A DNA stretch of 64,000 nt from Phycisphaerae bacterium. GTDB lineage: Bacteria; Planctomycetota; Phycisphaerae; UBA1845. Made by a program: the position numbers and the translations under genes. Positions 26,262-35,165 of this stretch are shown in pieces (the first letter of the stretch is position 1; each line of letters begins with the position of its first letter). The notes below the pieces were generated by a model. The model saw only the letters and a list, made by a program, of their open reading frames with translations. It had not been told where the DNA came from and did no database searches. Location: NCBI GenBank assembly GCA_029260015.1, contig JAJDEB010000036.1:842554-906553 (forward strand), read 5' to 3'.

Positions 26262-28301
26262 ATGCAGCTACTCGCACACGCCATTGATGAAGGCCGCTAC
26301 ATACTAGATCTCGCGGCCCGCGATATGCCAACGATTTGTCGAGCCGTTGTCGATCAGATGGCAGAGAAGAGCGCCATACCAAGCGAGCTCTCTGAACAAA
26401 TTGTAGACGCCCTGCTCGCCCGCGAAGAGCAAATGTCAACCGCGATCGGTCACGCCGTCGCCATTCCCCATGCGTACATTGTCGGCTGCACTGAACCGGT
26501 CATCGCTTTTGTGCGGTTGTCCAAGCCAATCAATCTTGGAGCGCCCGACGGAATTCCGACGCGATTCCTCTATTTCCTGCTGGGCCCGCCTGGGTCGGCA
26601 GAGAAGCATCTCGATGCGCTCGCCAACATTGCTCGACTGATGGCTGGCGATGAATTTCGCTACGACGCCGGACGTGCCAAGAACGGACAAGAACTTCGCG
26701 AAGCACTCAACCGGTTTATTGAAAGTACCAGTCGCAAACCGGTCTCCATCGATCGGCCCGCCCCCGAACTGGAATACACTGGCCGATTCGCCGGCGGATT
26801 GTTTGCCGACCTGCAGCGACGCTTGCCCTTTTATGTGAGCGATTTTCGCGATGGGCTGCATTCAAAGTGCCTTGGCTCGACAATGTTCTTGTTCTTCGCT
26901 TGCCTTGCTCCAGCAATCACTTTTGGTGGGGTGATGGCCGTTCAGACGGACGGCAACATTGGCGTTGTTGAAATGCTGACAGCATCTGCAATCTGTGGAA
27001 CGCTTTATGCGCTGCTAGCCGGTCAACCGCTCATTATTCTTGGAGGCACGGGACCACTGTTGGTCTTTACGGCAGTCTTGTATCGCTTGTGCGATGACAT
27101 GAAGATTCCGTTCTTACCGGCGTATGCGTGGGTCGGTCTCTGGTCGGCGGGGATGCTCGTCGTCATGGCGATAACCGACGCAAGCTGCCTGATGCGGTAC
27201 TTCACGCGCTTCACCGATGAAATATTTGCAGCACTGATTTCGCTCATTTTCATCTACGAGGCGATCAAATCTCTCGTCCACACATTTGGCGACCTCGAAG
27301 TCCACAAGCACCACGACACGGCGCTCTTAACGCTGCTCCTGGCCATGGGCACATTTTACATCGCAATGACCCTTTCCAGAATGCGCAAAAGTCGCTACCT
27401 GCGCCCAAAGATTCGTGAATTTATCGCCGACTTCGGCCCAACCATCGCGATGGCCGCAATGACATTGATTGCGGTATGGCTTAACGAAGTCGATCTCGAC
27501 ATCCTCGCCGCGCCCGACAAATTCGGAACGACGAGTGGCCGCTCCTGGTTAGTGTCGATCTTCGATGCGCCGATGTGGGTGCGTTGGGCCGCAGCAGGAC
27601 CTGCCGCCCTCGCAACGTTGCTGATCTTTCTCGACCAGAGCATCACCGCCCGCCTCGTCAACAGCTCGGACCATAAGCTCCGCAAGGGCGCAGCGTACCA
27701 CCTCGACCTGATCATCGTCGGTATCCTGATCGGTGTATGCTCGGTATTCGGTTTGCCCTGGCTGGTCGCCGCAACGGTGCGGTCGCTCAATCACGTTCGC
27801 AGCTTGGCCACGACCGAAGAAGTCACCAAGAGAGGTTCCGAATCGCAGGAGCGCATTTTGCATGTGCGCGAAACGCGAGTGACCGGTCTGGCGATTCATG
27901 TACTCATCGGGTGCTCGCTTCTGATGCTGTCGGCGATCAAAGCAATTCCGATGGCCGTTCTATACGGACTGTTCCTCTTTATGGGGATCGTCTCGATGTC
28001 GGGCAACCAGTTCTTCGAGCGACTTCGATTGTGGGCGATGGACCCGACGCTTTATCCAACTACACACTATATTCGGCGCGTTCCGCTTTGGACGATCCAC
28101 AAGTTCACGCTCTTGCAGTTGGTGTGCCTGATCGCCCTGTGGGTGGTTAAAGCCAGCGCCTGGGCGATCGCATTCCCCATCCTGATCGCGGTGCTCGTTC
28201 CGATTCGTCTCTTTGCCGATAAATTCTTTGACGCCCAACATCTGCTCGCGCTGGATGCCGAAGAAGAACCGGAAGATGAAGAAACGCATTGGGCGGCTTA
28301 A
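26262..28301 (+). CDS. PTS-EIIA(type 2)-domain / SLC4 (band 3, HCO3-transporter family) anion exchanger fusion
   Basis: 679-aa ORF with AGGAG 7 nt upstream. The N-terminal roughly 150 aa (..REEQMSTAIGHAVAIPHA..) is EIIA-2-like. The membrane part FFACLAPAITFGGVM ... GQPLIILGGTGPLLVF ... EIFAALISLIFIYEAIKSL closely parallels eukaryotic AE1/SLC4 helices as I recall them. Confidence 0.75.
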   Translation: MQLLAHAIDEGRYILDLAARDMPTICRAVVDQMAEKSAIPSELSEQIVDALLAREEQMSTAIGHAVAIPHAYIVGCTEPVIAFVRLSKPINLGAPDGIPTRFLYFLLGPPGSAEKHLDALANIARLMAGDEFRYDAGRAKNGQELREALNRFIESTSRKPVSIDRPAPELEYTGRFAGGLFADLQRRLPFYVSDFRDGLHSKCLGSTMFLFFACLAPAITFGGVMAVQTDGNIGVVEMLTASAICGTLYALLAGQPLIILGGTGPLLVFTAVLYRLCDDMKIPFLPAYAWVGLWSAGMLVVMAITDASCLMRYFTRFTDEIFAALISLIFIYEAIKSLVHTFGDLEVHKHHDTALLTLLLAMGTFYIAMTLSRMRKSRYLRPKIREFIADFGPTIAMAAMTLIAVWLNEVDLDILAAPDKFGTTSGRSWLVSIFDAPMWVRWAAAGPAALATLLIFLDQSITARLVNSSDHKLRKGAAYHLDLIIVGILIGVCSVFGLPWLVAATVRSLNHVRSLATTEEVTKRGSESQERILHVRETRVTGLAIHVLIGCSLLMLSAIKAIPMAVLYGLFLFMGIVSMSGNQFFERLRLWAMDPTLYPTTHYIRRVPLWTIHKFTLLQLVCLIALWVVKASAWAIAFPILIAVLVPIRLFADKFFDAQHLLALDAEEEPEDEETHWAA

Positions 28302-28321
28302 ACCGATCAGGAGCGCAACCC

Positions 28322-28768
28322 ATGAACCTACCAGATGCAACTGCAACAACTTGCGCGCTATGCGGGCGCAACATTGACTGCGAAAAATCCGACCTGATGG
28401 GGAGCGGGTGGGAAACGTCCGTATGCAGCGAGTGTTGTCGCCAGCGAATGCTCGACGATGGCGGGTTGCTGATCAAGTTTGTCGAACCGATCAAGGACGC
28501 AGCGTTCGACATTACAGAAGTCCACGTCAAACCAGGCGCATTGCACTATCTCATCGAATCCCGCGAACACTGCTGGCCATTCGTCGAAAACCACGCCCGC
28601 ACCGGCACCGTTTTCAATCCAAACGACAATCCGCCAATCGACCGACTCCCGTTCATGGAAGCCAGCGGCCACCGCGTCAGCCAACACAAAACCGCCAAGA
28701 ACAAAAAGCTCTGGATCATGACCGACCAAAACGGCATCACCGTCGTAATGGCCCCCGGCGAATTCTAG
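28322..28768 (+). CDS. Hypothetical protein with an N-terminal Cys-rich (CxxC ... CxxCC) zinc-ribbon-like segment
   Basis: I use the ATG at 28322, with AGGAG about 8 nt upstream and 20 nt after the transporter stop. The ORF-track start at 28289 overlaps the upstream gene. Confidence 0.6.
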   Translation: MNLPDATATTCALCGRNIDCEKSDLMGSGWETSVCSECCRQRMLDDGGLLIKFVEPIKDAAFDITEVHVKPGALHYLIESREHCWPFVENHARTGTVFNPNDNPPIDRLPFMEASGHRVSQHKTAKNKKLWIMTDQNGITVVMAPGEF

Positions 28769-28786
28769 ATCGTTCGACCCAATAAT

Positions 28787-30349
28787 CTACGGACAATCGG
28801 GCGGTGAATTAGCAGGCGTTTGATCGAATGCTCTGGAAAGTGACGCGAAGTCGCGAAGGTTGATGGTGCCGTCGGCGTTTGAATCGGCGCAGACACATGA
28901 CTGCGACGTGGCTGGCGACATCCCGAGGCAGTTTGCGAATTCTTGGAAGTCGTTAAGATTGACCACCGCACCGGCGGCATCGAGGTCGCCGCACTTGCAC
29001 GCCGTCAACGGGTCCAGGACCCACACCGCACCATCGGTTCCGTCGCCTCCGCTTTCATTCCATTCGCCGAAGTCTGCCACATATACGCGGCCGGAGTTCG
29101 GATGGATGGCGATGTCGAGCGGGTGAATAAATGTGATCGGCGTCCCGTCAAGATCACGCAGCGAATCGCTATCGAGCACCAGCCCGCTGCCGTCGAGGGC
29201 GTATGACTGAATGGTCCTTGAGAAAATAAAATTCGCGATCAACAGGCGATTCTGAAAAGGACCGGCTACGATGTATTCAGCGATGCCGTTGGGACTGCGA
29301 CCACCGTCTGGCAGGACATTGCGAATCACGAGCGACGCATCGAAATTCGCATCTGGCATGATGCCCACCGGATACTCGCTGATCTCCCACGGATCCGAGC
29401 CAGCCGTCGGGTTGCCACCGTTTAGAACGCATTCACTTCGCGTCGGATTGGGATGGCCATAGTAAACGCCATCTTCAACCATCACGAGAACTTCCGCCGG
29501 TTGAGAATGGACGGCCGGCGCACCGCCACAGTTTGGCGTGACAGCCGTCGCGTAGCTGCCCTGATTGATGCAGCCGTACAACTCGCCATTGGAGTGCCAC
29601 GCAATGTCATACATATTGCGGATACCCGTTGCGAAAACCGTCACGAAAGCTTTGCCGGCATTGGAGTCGTAATTCACGGGCGAAGTCGTCTGAACATCAA
29701 CAGGAAGTGATCCACCGCCAAACCCCGGCGCATTGACATTGGCGACAAGAATCGTCGCGCTGATCGGCGTTTCGTCGAGACCCCACTGCGTACCACCGTA
29801 AGGCGTCATGCTGCCACAAGTGATGTAAAGGCGATCATCCGGACCAAACGCAATACCGTTTGGAGAGTGCGCACCAACAGGCAATCCGTCGATGTACGTT
29901 TCTTCAATGGCGCTTCCCCCCTGACCGACACCCGGGATCGTCACTTTTGAAATCGTTCCGTTGAACTGCACTTCGCCCGGTTCCTGCCCGCCGTTGTGAC
30001 TGACCCACAGAACCAGATTCGACGGTGATGCCGATGGATCAAAGGCGATGCCTTGAATCAACGCTACGTTCAGACTGACGACCACTTCCGATTGGCCGGT
30101 GTATCGCCCGGAGTCGTCCATTTCATACCGGGTGATCGTCCCCACCTCCGTGTTGAAACTCAAATTGGATACATACAGATGACCGTCTGGCCCCACTGCT
30201 AGCGAGGTCGGTTGAAGTTGGTCTTCGATCTTAAACTTGTAAAACGGAAAATCGACGATGCCAGCCGCAACTACGCTCGGTAAGATTGCGACAACCAACA
30301 ATGCAACAACTCGCACGATCATCTGAATTCTCTCGCCCAATGTCGTCAT
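28787..30349 (-). CDS. Secreted beta-propeller protein (glucose/sorbosone dehydrogenase-like) with a C-terminal dockerin-like EF-hand pair
   Basis: Signal/anchor MTTLGERIQMIVRVVALLVVAILPSVVAAG from the ATG at 30349. Propeller blades include GPDGHLYVSN, GIAFGPDDRLYITCG and GIRNMYDIAWHSNGELY. The C-terminus is CGDLDAAGAVVNLNDF...DSNADGTINLRDF. Confidence 0.7.
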   Translation of the reverse strand: MTTLGERIQMIVRVVALLVVAILPSVVAAGIVDFPFYKFKIEDQLQPTSLAVGPDGHLYVSNLSFNTEVGTITRYEMDDSGRYTGQSEVVVSLNVALIQGIAFDPSASPSNLVLWVSHNGGQEPGEVQFNGTISKVTIPGVGQGGSAIEETYIDGLPVGAHSPNGIAFGPDDRLYITCGSMTPYGGTQWGLDETPISATILVANVNAPGFGGGSLPVDVQTTSPVNYDSNAGKAFVTVFATGIRNMYDIAWHSNGELYGCINQGSYATAVTPNCGGAPAVHSQPAEVLVMVEDGVYYGHPNPTRSECVLNGGNPTAGSDPWEISEYPVGIMPDANFDASLVIRNVLPDGGRSPNGIAEYIVAGPFQNRLLIANFIFSRTIQSYALDGSGLVLDSDSLRDLDGTPITFIHPLDIAIHPNSGRVYVADFGEWNESGGDGTDGAVWVLDPLTACKCGDLDAAGAVVNLNDFQEFANCLGMSPATSQSCVCADSNADGTINLRDFASLSRAFDQTPANSPPDCP

Positions 30350-30569
30350 TAGATTTCGTCCTGTGTGCGGACCACTAACCGCATAGCGCCCCCAGCCAAC
30401 ACCAGGCCGCACATCGAGTGTAACGCAAATCCCCATACCGCACCGACCATAGTTTAGGCGCTCATATCCCTTTTTGAAAAACCATCGCGACGCCTCCCTC
30501 AAGGCGATTTTCTGAGATCAAAGCACGCAAACACCGATATATCAATCGAATAGGCGAAACCCGGAAAAC

Positions 30570-31499
30570 TTGAAAATGACGCTGAACAACTCGAAACCCA
30601 AGATCATTCTCAGCGTTGACGTGGAGTGCTGGGGACAGTCGGTCCTCGATCGCTCGCTGCCGATTTTGCCACACTCCGCCGACAACGTGCGACGATTGTT
30701 GCAACTGTTCGATCGCCACAACGCGAAGGCGACACTGTTCGTTCTTGGCAAGTTTGCAAAGACCCACCCCAGGGTCATCAAAGAAGCCGCCAGTGCGGGC
30801 CATGAAATCGCGTCACACGGTTACGGACATGTGGAGGTGTTTCGTCAATCGCCAACCGAGTTTCGTGGCGACCTTCGACAAGCCAATGACGTGATCGCAT
30901 CGATCACCGGCGCGCAACCGAGAGGCTACCGCGCTCCGGTTTTTTCAATCCGAAACGATTCGCTTTGGGCACTTGATGTGCTGGCCGATGAAGGGTTTGA
31001 GTTTGATTCGAGCATCTTCCCGTTCGCCGGACCGCGCTACGGTATCGGTGATTGGCCAGCAGAACCTTGCACCGTCAAAACAGAAAGCGGGCACTCGATT
31101 GTCGAGTACCCGCCCACAACGCTGCAATTTTTTGGACGTCGCCTACCGGTCGCCGGAGGTGGTTACGCGCGGCTGCTTCCGAAACGCGTGCTGCGAAAAG
31201 TATTCGATCGGGCTGCGATCACACGCAATACGCCACCGGTTTTCTATTGCCATCCGTACGAAATTGACGTGACGGAAATCAGCACCCACTACGGCGAAAC
31301 TCCGCTCAGGCGCCGCCTGCATCAAGGGCTCGGTCGCAGAACGTTCTGGTCTAAGCTGGAAACGCTGCTGACCCATTTTGCCGGAACCACGTTCAGTGCT
31401 GCGATGTCTGAAATCGGCGCGATGCCGTGCAAAAGGATCGGCGGGCGCGAGTCAACCACTCACACCAAACCAAAACACGCCCTCTGCGAAAGCACCTAG
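30570..31499 (+). CDS. Polysaccharide deacetylase family protein (DUF3473 / PEP-CTERM-locus subfamily type)
   Basis: 309-aa ORF with ILSVDVECW, ATLFVLGKFAKTHPRVIKEAASAGHEIASHGYGHV and GYRAP motifs of NodB-type deacetylases. The C-terminal region is DUF3473-like. Confidence 0.8.
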   Translation: MKMTLNNSKPKIILSVDVECWGQSVLDRSLPILPHSADNVRRLLQLFDRHNAKATLFVLGKFAKTHPRVIKEAASAGHEIASHGYGHVEVFRQSPTEFRGDLRQANDVIASITGAQPRGYRAPVFSIRNDSLWALDVLADEGFEFDSSIFPFAGPRYGIGDWPAEPCTVKTESGHSIVEYPPTTLQFFGRRLPVAGGGYARLLPKRVLRKVFDRAAITRNTPPVFYCHPYEIDVTEISTHYGETPLRRRLHQGLGRRTFWSKLETLLTHFAGTTFSAAMSEIGAMPCKRIGGRESTTHTKPKHALCEST

Positions 31500-31500
31500 C

Positions 31501-32322
31501 CTAGGCAGCCGGTGTCTGGTGCAGATGCACATCAGTCTGCGGGAACGGAATGCTGATTCCCTTTTCGTCAAACGCGAGTTTCACTTTCTCGTTCATATCA
31601 AACATCACCGCCCAATAGTCGGCAGAATTCACCCACGGGCGAACGACGAAATTCACGCTGCTGTCTGCCAACTCTGAAACCGCGATGGTCGGTGCCGGGT
31701 CTTTGAGCAATCGCTCGTCTGCGTCGATCAAACCCTGAAGCACATCCTTGGCGGCTTTGATGTCGTCGTCATAACCAATGCCAAAAACCATATCGACGCG
31801 ACGGGTGGGGTTAGCTGAGTAATTGGTAATGTTGCCATCGGTGATGCTTGAATTGGGAACAATGATGCGCTTGTTGTCACCGGTGCGCATGGTCGTGGCA
31901 AAGACTGCGATCTCTTCAACGATGCCGCTGGTTCCACCGGCTTCGACGAAATCGCCAACCTTGAACGGTCGGAAGATAATCAGCATCACCCCGGCGGCGA
32001 AGTTTGCGAGCGAACCCTGAAGCGCGAACCCAACAGCCAACCCGGCTGCACCGATCACTGCGACGAACGATGTCGTAGGAACACCGAGTTTTTGAATCGC
32101 CGTAATGACCACGAGTGCAAGCAGTCCCGTCTTAAGAATATTGCACGCGAACCCAACCAGCGTTTCTTCCAGTTTCGCCTTGCGCATGATGCGACGAGCC
32201 ATGCCAGTCAGAATCCCAGCCAGTATCCATCCAAGGATCAGGGTGACAACCGCGGCAATAACACTAGGCCCCCATTTCAGCGCCTGTTCTTTTCCGTATT
32301 GAATCAATTCTTCCATATTCAT
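31501..32322 (-). CDS. mscS: Small-conductance mechanosensitive channel (MscS family)
   Basis: 273-aa ORF with three N-terminal TMs. IIFRPFKVGDFVEAGGTSGIVEEIAVFATTMRTGDNKRIIVPNSSI is the MscS beta-domain signature. Confidence 0.9.
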   Translation of the reverse strand: MNMEELIQYGKEQALKWGPSVIAAVVTLILGWILAGILTGMARRIMRKAKLEETLVGFACNILKTGLLALVVITAIQKLGVPTTSFVAVIGAAGLAVGFALQGSLANFAAGVMLIIFRPFKVGDFVEAGGTSGIVEEIAVFATTMRTGDNKRIIVPNSSITDGNITNYSANPTRRVDMVFGIGYDDDIKAAKDVLQGLIDADERLLKDPAPTIAVSELADSSVNFVVRPWVNSADYWAVMFDMNEKVKLAFDEKGISIPFPQTDVHLHQTPAA

Positions 32323-32347
32323 TTTGAATGCCCCCTTAAAGAAAACC

Positions 32348-32384
32348 TAAAAACAAACGCCGGGGCTGAGATTCAACCCCGACG
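32348..32384 (-). terminator. Probable rho-independent terminator after the DUF11 gene
   Basis: On the minus strand, CGTCGGGG-TTGAATCTCAG-CCCCGGCG (one mismatch) is followed by TTTGTTTTTA. Confidence 0.5.
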
Positions 32385-32436
32385 TTCGCGCTGATTTCTG
32401 TTTCTTCGATTGCACTGATTCGCAACGCGTCTCAGT

Positions 32437-33951
32437 CTAGTAGATGCGCGTACTCTCCGATTCATCGACCGTTGAATCCATCTGGTCGCTGATCATCGAT
32501 ATGCGGAAGCGTACGTCGCCAATACCAGTTCCTTTCACGACCACGCGGTAGGTGGCTTTGGCTTTCGGTGCCAACGAGGGGAGCGGTGCGAACGTAACTT
32601 GCTGACCGTTCGCCGTTCCGGCTGTCGGACCATCCGCTGACGTGAATGCTTGCTCTGCCGGCAGTTCTGCTTTCAATGAAATATTGGTGCCGACTGCCGA
32701 ACCCTGGTTCGTGACGGTAATGAGATACGTCACGGTTCCACCGACTTCAATCGGATCTTCAACGTCGATCACCTCGAGCAGAATCGCCGGAATACCCTTG
32801 ATTTCAAGCATGGCTTCGGCGTTGGCATCGGCACAGACTGAGCGGACTTCGGCTTTGTTCGTGACCGTGGAAATACCGGTTGCTTTCACATCGACCGTCA
32901 CGGTGCGCGACGCACCTGGTTCAAGCGAACCGAAGTTCCAAGTCACTCTGCCGCCGCCAAACTGCCCGTTATCGCTGGCCTTGAGAAACGTCAAGCCGGA
33001 TGGAATCATATCGGTCAAAATGGTATTGCGCGCGACAGCATCGCCGACGTTCGTCGCGGTAAGTTCAAATTGCGCCCCACGACCGAGGTAACGAATGTTT
33101 GGTCCCGTCTTGGTCAATGTCAGTTCGGGCTTGGTGATCCGCGTGCTGGCACACGAATTTGCAGTGAGTCCGCCGTCTTCTGAAGCTTCGACGCAATTCT
33201 CAAAGGTTCCCGTGTTCGACGCCTTGAGGTCTACAGAAAACTCACGCGACACGCCTGCCGGCAAGTTGCCCGCTTGAAATACGATTTCGGATTGACCGCT
33301 CATCGTCGTCCACCCGCTGGGGAGCGTGTCTTTGACAACGACATTGCGTGCCAGACCCGTTCCCGAGTTGGTGACACGCACTGTCATCGGAATCGGATCG
33401 CAAAGCATGACTTCCTGCGGAAGCGTCTTGGTGACTTCGAGTGCCGGCTGAACGATTGTGATCTTCGAGCAGACCTGCGTCGTAAACGTCACCGTCGCAC
33501 AGGACGAAAGCTCACCGACCATCGACGCCGAACCCGTAACCGTAAGCGTCTTTGATTCGCGAGCCTTGATAGTCCCCAAATGCCAAGTGGCTGTTCCACC
33601 GCTGCTGCTTTTGGGTTCGGGACTCATCGATGACATGGCGAACCCGTCTGCTAACCGCTCGGTCAGGATCAGGTCTGCCACCTCGCCTGACGTCAGATTC
33701 GTCAGCTTGATGGTGTAGTCGAACGAACTACCCGCGCGAATTTCCGACGGGGCGAATCGTTCGAGGAGTATGACGCTCGTTTGAGGGTTACCCGTCGGAT
33801 AGGCTTCGCTTGCAACACGAACTTGGCCGGGCGCTTGGGCAAATGCGTTTGTCGCAAAAAGTGCAACGACCAACGCAAGAGCACAAAGCCCGCCAAGGCG
33901 TGACGCGATGGGCGTCTTGAAGTTCTGGGTTTTATAGATGTGACTCTTCAT
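32437..33951 (-). CDS. Secreted DUF11-type (conserved repeat domain) beta-sandwich repeat protein
   Basis: 504-aa ORF with AAGGAGA 6 nt upstream and signal peptide ..LCALALVVALFATNAFAQA. It contains several roughly 110-aa repeats with the DUF11-like pattern (..Y.I.v.N.G...a.nv.v.D.LP.g..f..). Confidence 0.7.
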   Translation of the reverse strand: MKSHIYKTQNFKTPIASRLGGLCALALVVALFATNAFAQAPGQVRVASEAYPTGNPQTSVILLERFAPSEIRAGSSFDYTIKLTNLTSGEVADLILTERLADGFAMSSMSPEPKSSSGGTATWHLGTIKARESKTLTVTGSASMVGELSSCATVTFTTQVCSKITIVQPALEVTKTLPQEVMLCDPIPMTVRVTNSGTGLARNVVVKDTLPSGWTTMSGQSEIVFQAGNLPAGVSREFSVDLKASNTGTFENCVEASEDGGLTANSCASTRITKPELTLTKTGPNIRYLGRGAQFELTATNVGDAVARNTILTDMIPSGLTFLKASDNGQFGGGRVTWNFGSLEPGASRTVTVDVKATGISTVTNKAEVRSVCADANAEAMLEIKGIPAILLEVIDVEDPIEVGGTVTYLITVTNQGSAVGTNISLKAELPAEQAFTSADGPTAGTANGQQVTFAPLPSLAPKAKATYRVVVKGTGIGDVRFRISMISDQMDSTVDESESTRIY

Positions 33952-34396
33952 ATCGATTCTCCTTACAGGTTATCCGGTTCCCCTGACCGGGTATCGTACC
34001 TCGGCCCCCGAGGACGATCTGATTCAAAAGTTTGTATTTGAGACAGGATTTCGAGGAAGAATGCGGAATCGCACGCTTCCCCGGTGAGTCAGTAGGGTAC
34101 GCGAATCGCTCTCGTTGTCGATACCGGTGCAATTGATCGGGCGTGCGAGTTGTGGGGATTTTTCCTCATGCCTTCGCTTGTGAAATGCGCAACATGTTCA
34201 CCGATTAGCAAAATGGAAGAGGCACCCAAGATAGGTGAGTTTCAAACCGTGACTGTCGCGTGAAAATGAGGAATTGCGTTGATTGGTATCTGAGGCGATT
34301 TGGACCAAAAGGAAACACCGGTCACCGCGTGGAAGAAGATAAACGCGGGACCGGCGTCCGGGCAAAGCAAGCAAGGCTTTCGGCCTTGGTTGGAGT

Positions 34397-34996
34397 TTAG
34401 CGGTGACTGGATCGCCGCTGCATGGTGCGACGTCCATCTCGATTAGAAGTCACGGGACGGCTGGCGATACGACGCCTCGAATCGTAGCGATCACTCGTGC
34501 GCGAGAATGTCCGGGCGTTAACCACACCGCGTCCACTGGCATGTCCGGAAGCGGCGGCGGTCGCAATCGGTCGACGACCGTTTGAACCGGCTTGGCCTGA
34601 CACGGTGACTTCGCGCGATCGGCCTTGCGACGCGACACTTTGTCCGCCGCTGAGCGCCACACCATCCTGACCAACGTGGACGTTGAGCGTCCCACCGACT
34701 GCGGGTCCGCGCTGTCCGGCGACCGCGTAACTGTGCGACACGCTTAGTCCCGATTGGTCGAACCCAACGCTGAGTCCTCTGGCGATGTTGACCCTTCCGC
34801 TGCTGGCTTTGGTTTTGGTAAACCCGATACCGTCGCCATCATAATTCGCAGTCGCAGCCGCCGTACCCGGTCCCCATCCGCCTGATCCTGCGGTCGCGGA
34901 AGTGTTGGCCGATCCTGCAAACGCTGCGAAAGGAAAGCCAAACATCACTGCTGCAACGGCCATTGAGAATTTGCTGTATCTATTGTTGTTTCGCAT
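34397..34996 (-). CDS. Secreted Gly/Ser/Ala-rich protein with an Arg-rich C-terminal tail (hypothetical)
   Basis: 199-aa ORF with GGAGGA 5 nt upstream and signal peptide MRNNNRYSKFSMAVAAVMFGFPFAAFA. The last 38 residues contain 13 Arg. Confidence 0.7.
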   Translation of the reverse strand: MRNNNRYSKFSMAVAAVMFGFPFAAFAGSANTSATAGSGGWGPGTAAATANYDGDGIGFTKTKASSGRVNIARGLSVGFDQSGLSVSHSYAVAGQRGPAVGGTLNVHVGQDGVALSGGQSVASQGRSREVTVSGQAGSNGRRPIATAAASGHASGRGVVNARTFSRTSDRYDSRRRIASRPVTSNRDGRRTMQRRSSHR

Positions 34997-35165
34997 GACT
35001 GTCCTCCAACCTGCGTGCTATGTTTGCCTGCGTAATATTTCGCTCAGAATCCGAATCCAACCGGTTGGCGAGGTTGCTGCCTAACCCCTTTGCTGCCAAC
35101 CGGCGGACTCGGCCCCACGTCTTTTGGTGACACTCTCTTCCCTCCCAGTGTCACCCTATGTCACT

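Noticed and set aside
31490-31510. Palindrome CCTAGCCTAGG at the junction of the deacetylase and mscS genes
   Set aside because: It is formed by the two convergent stop codons (TAG and CTA) 1 nt apart. It is too short, and its position explains it without invoking a regulatory site.
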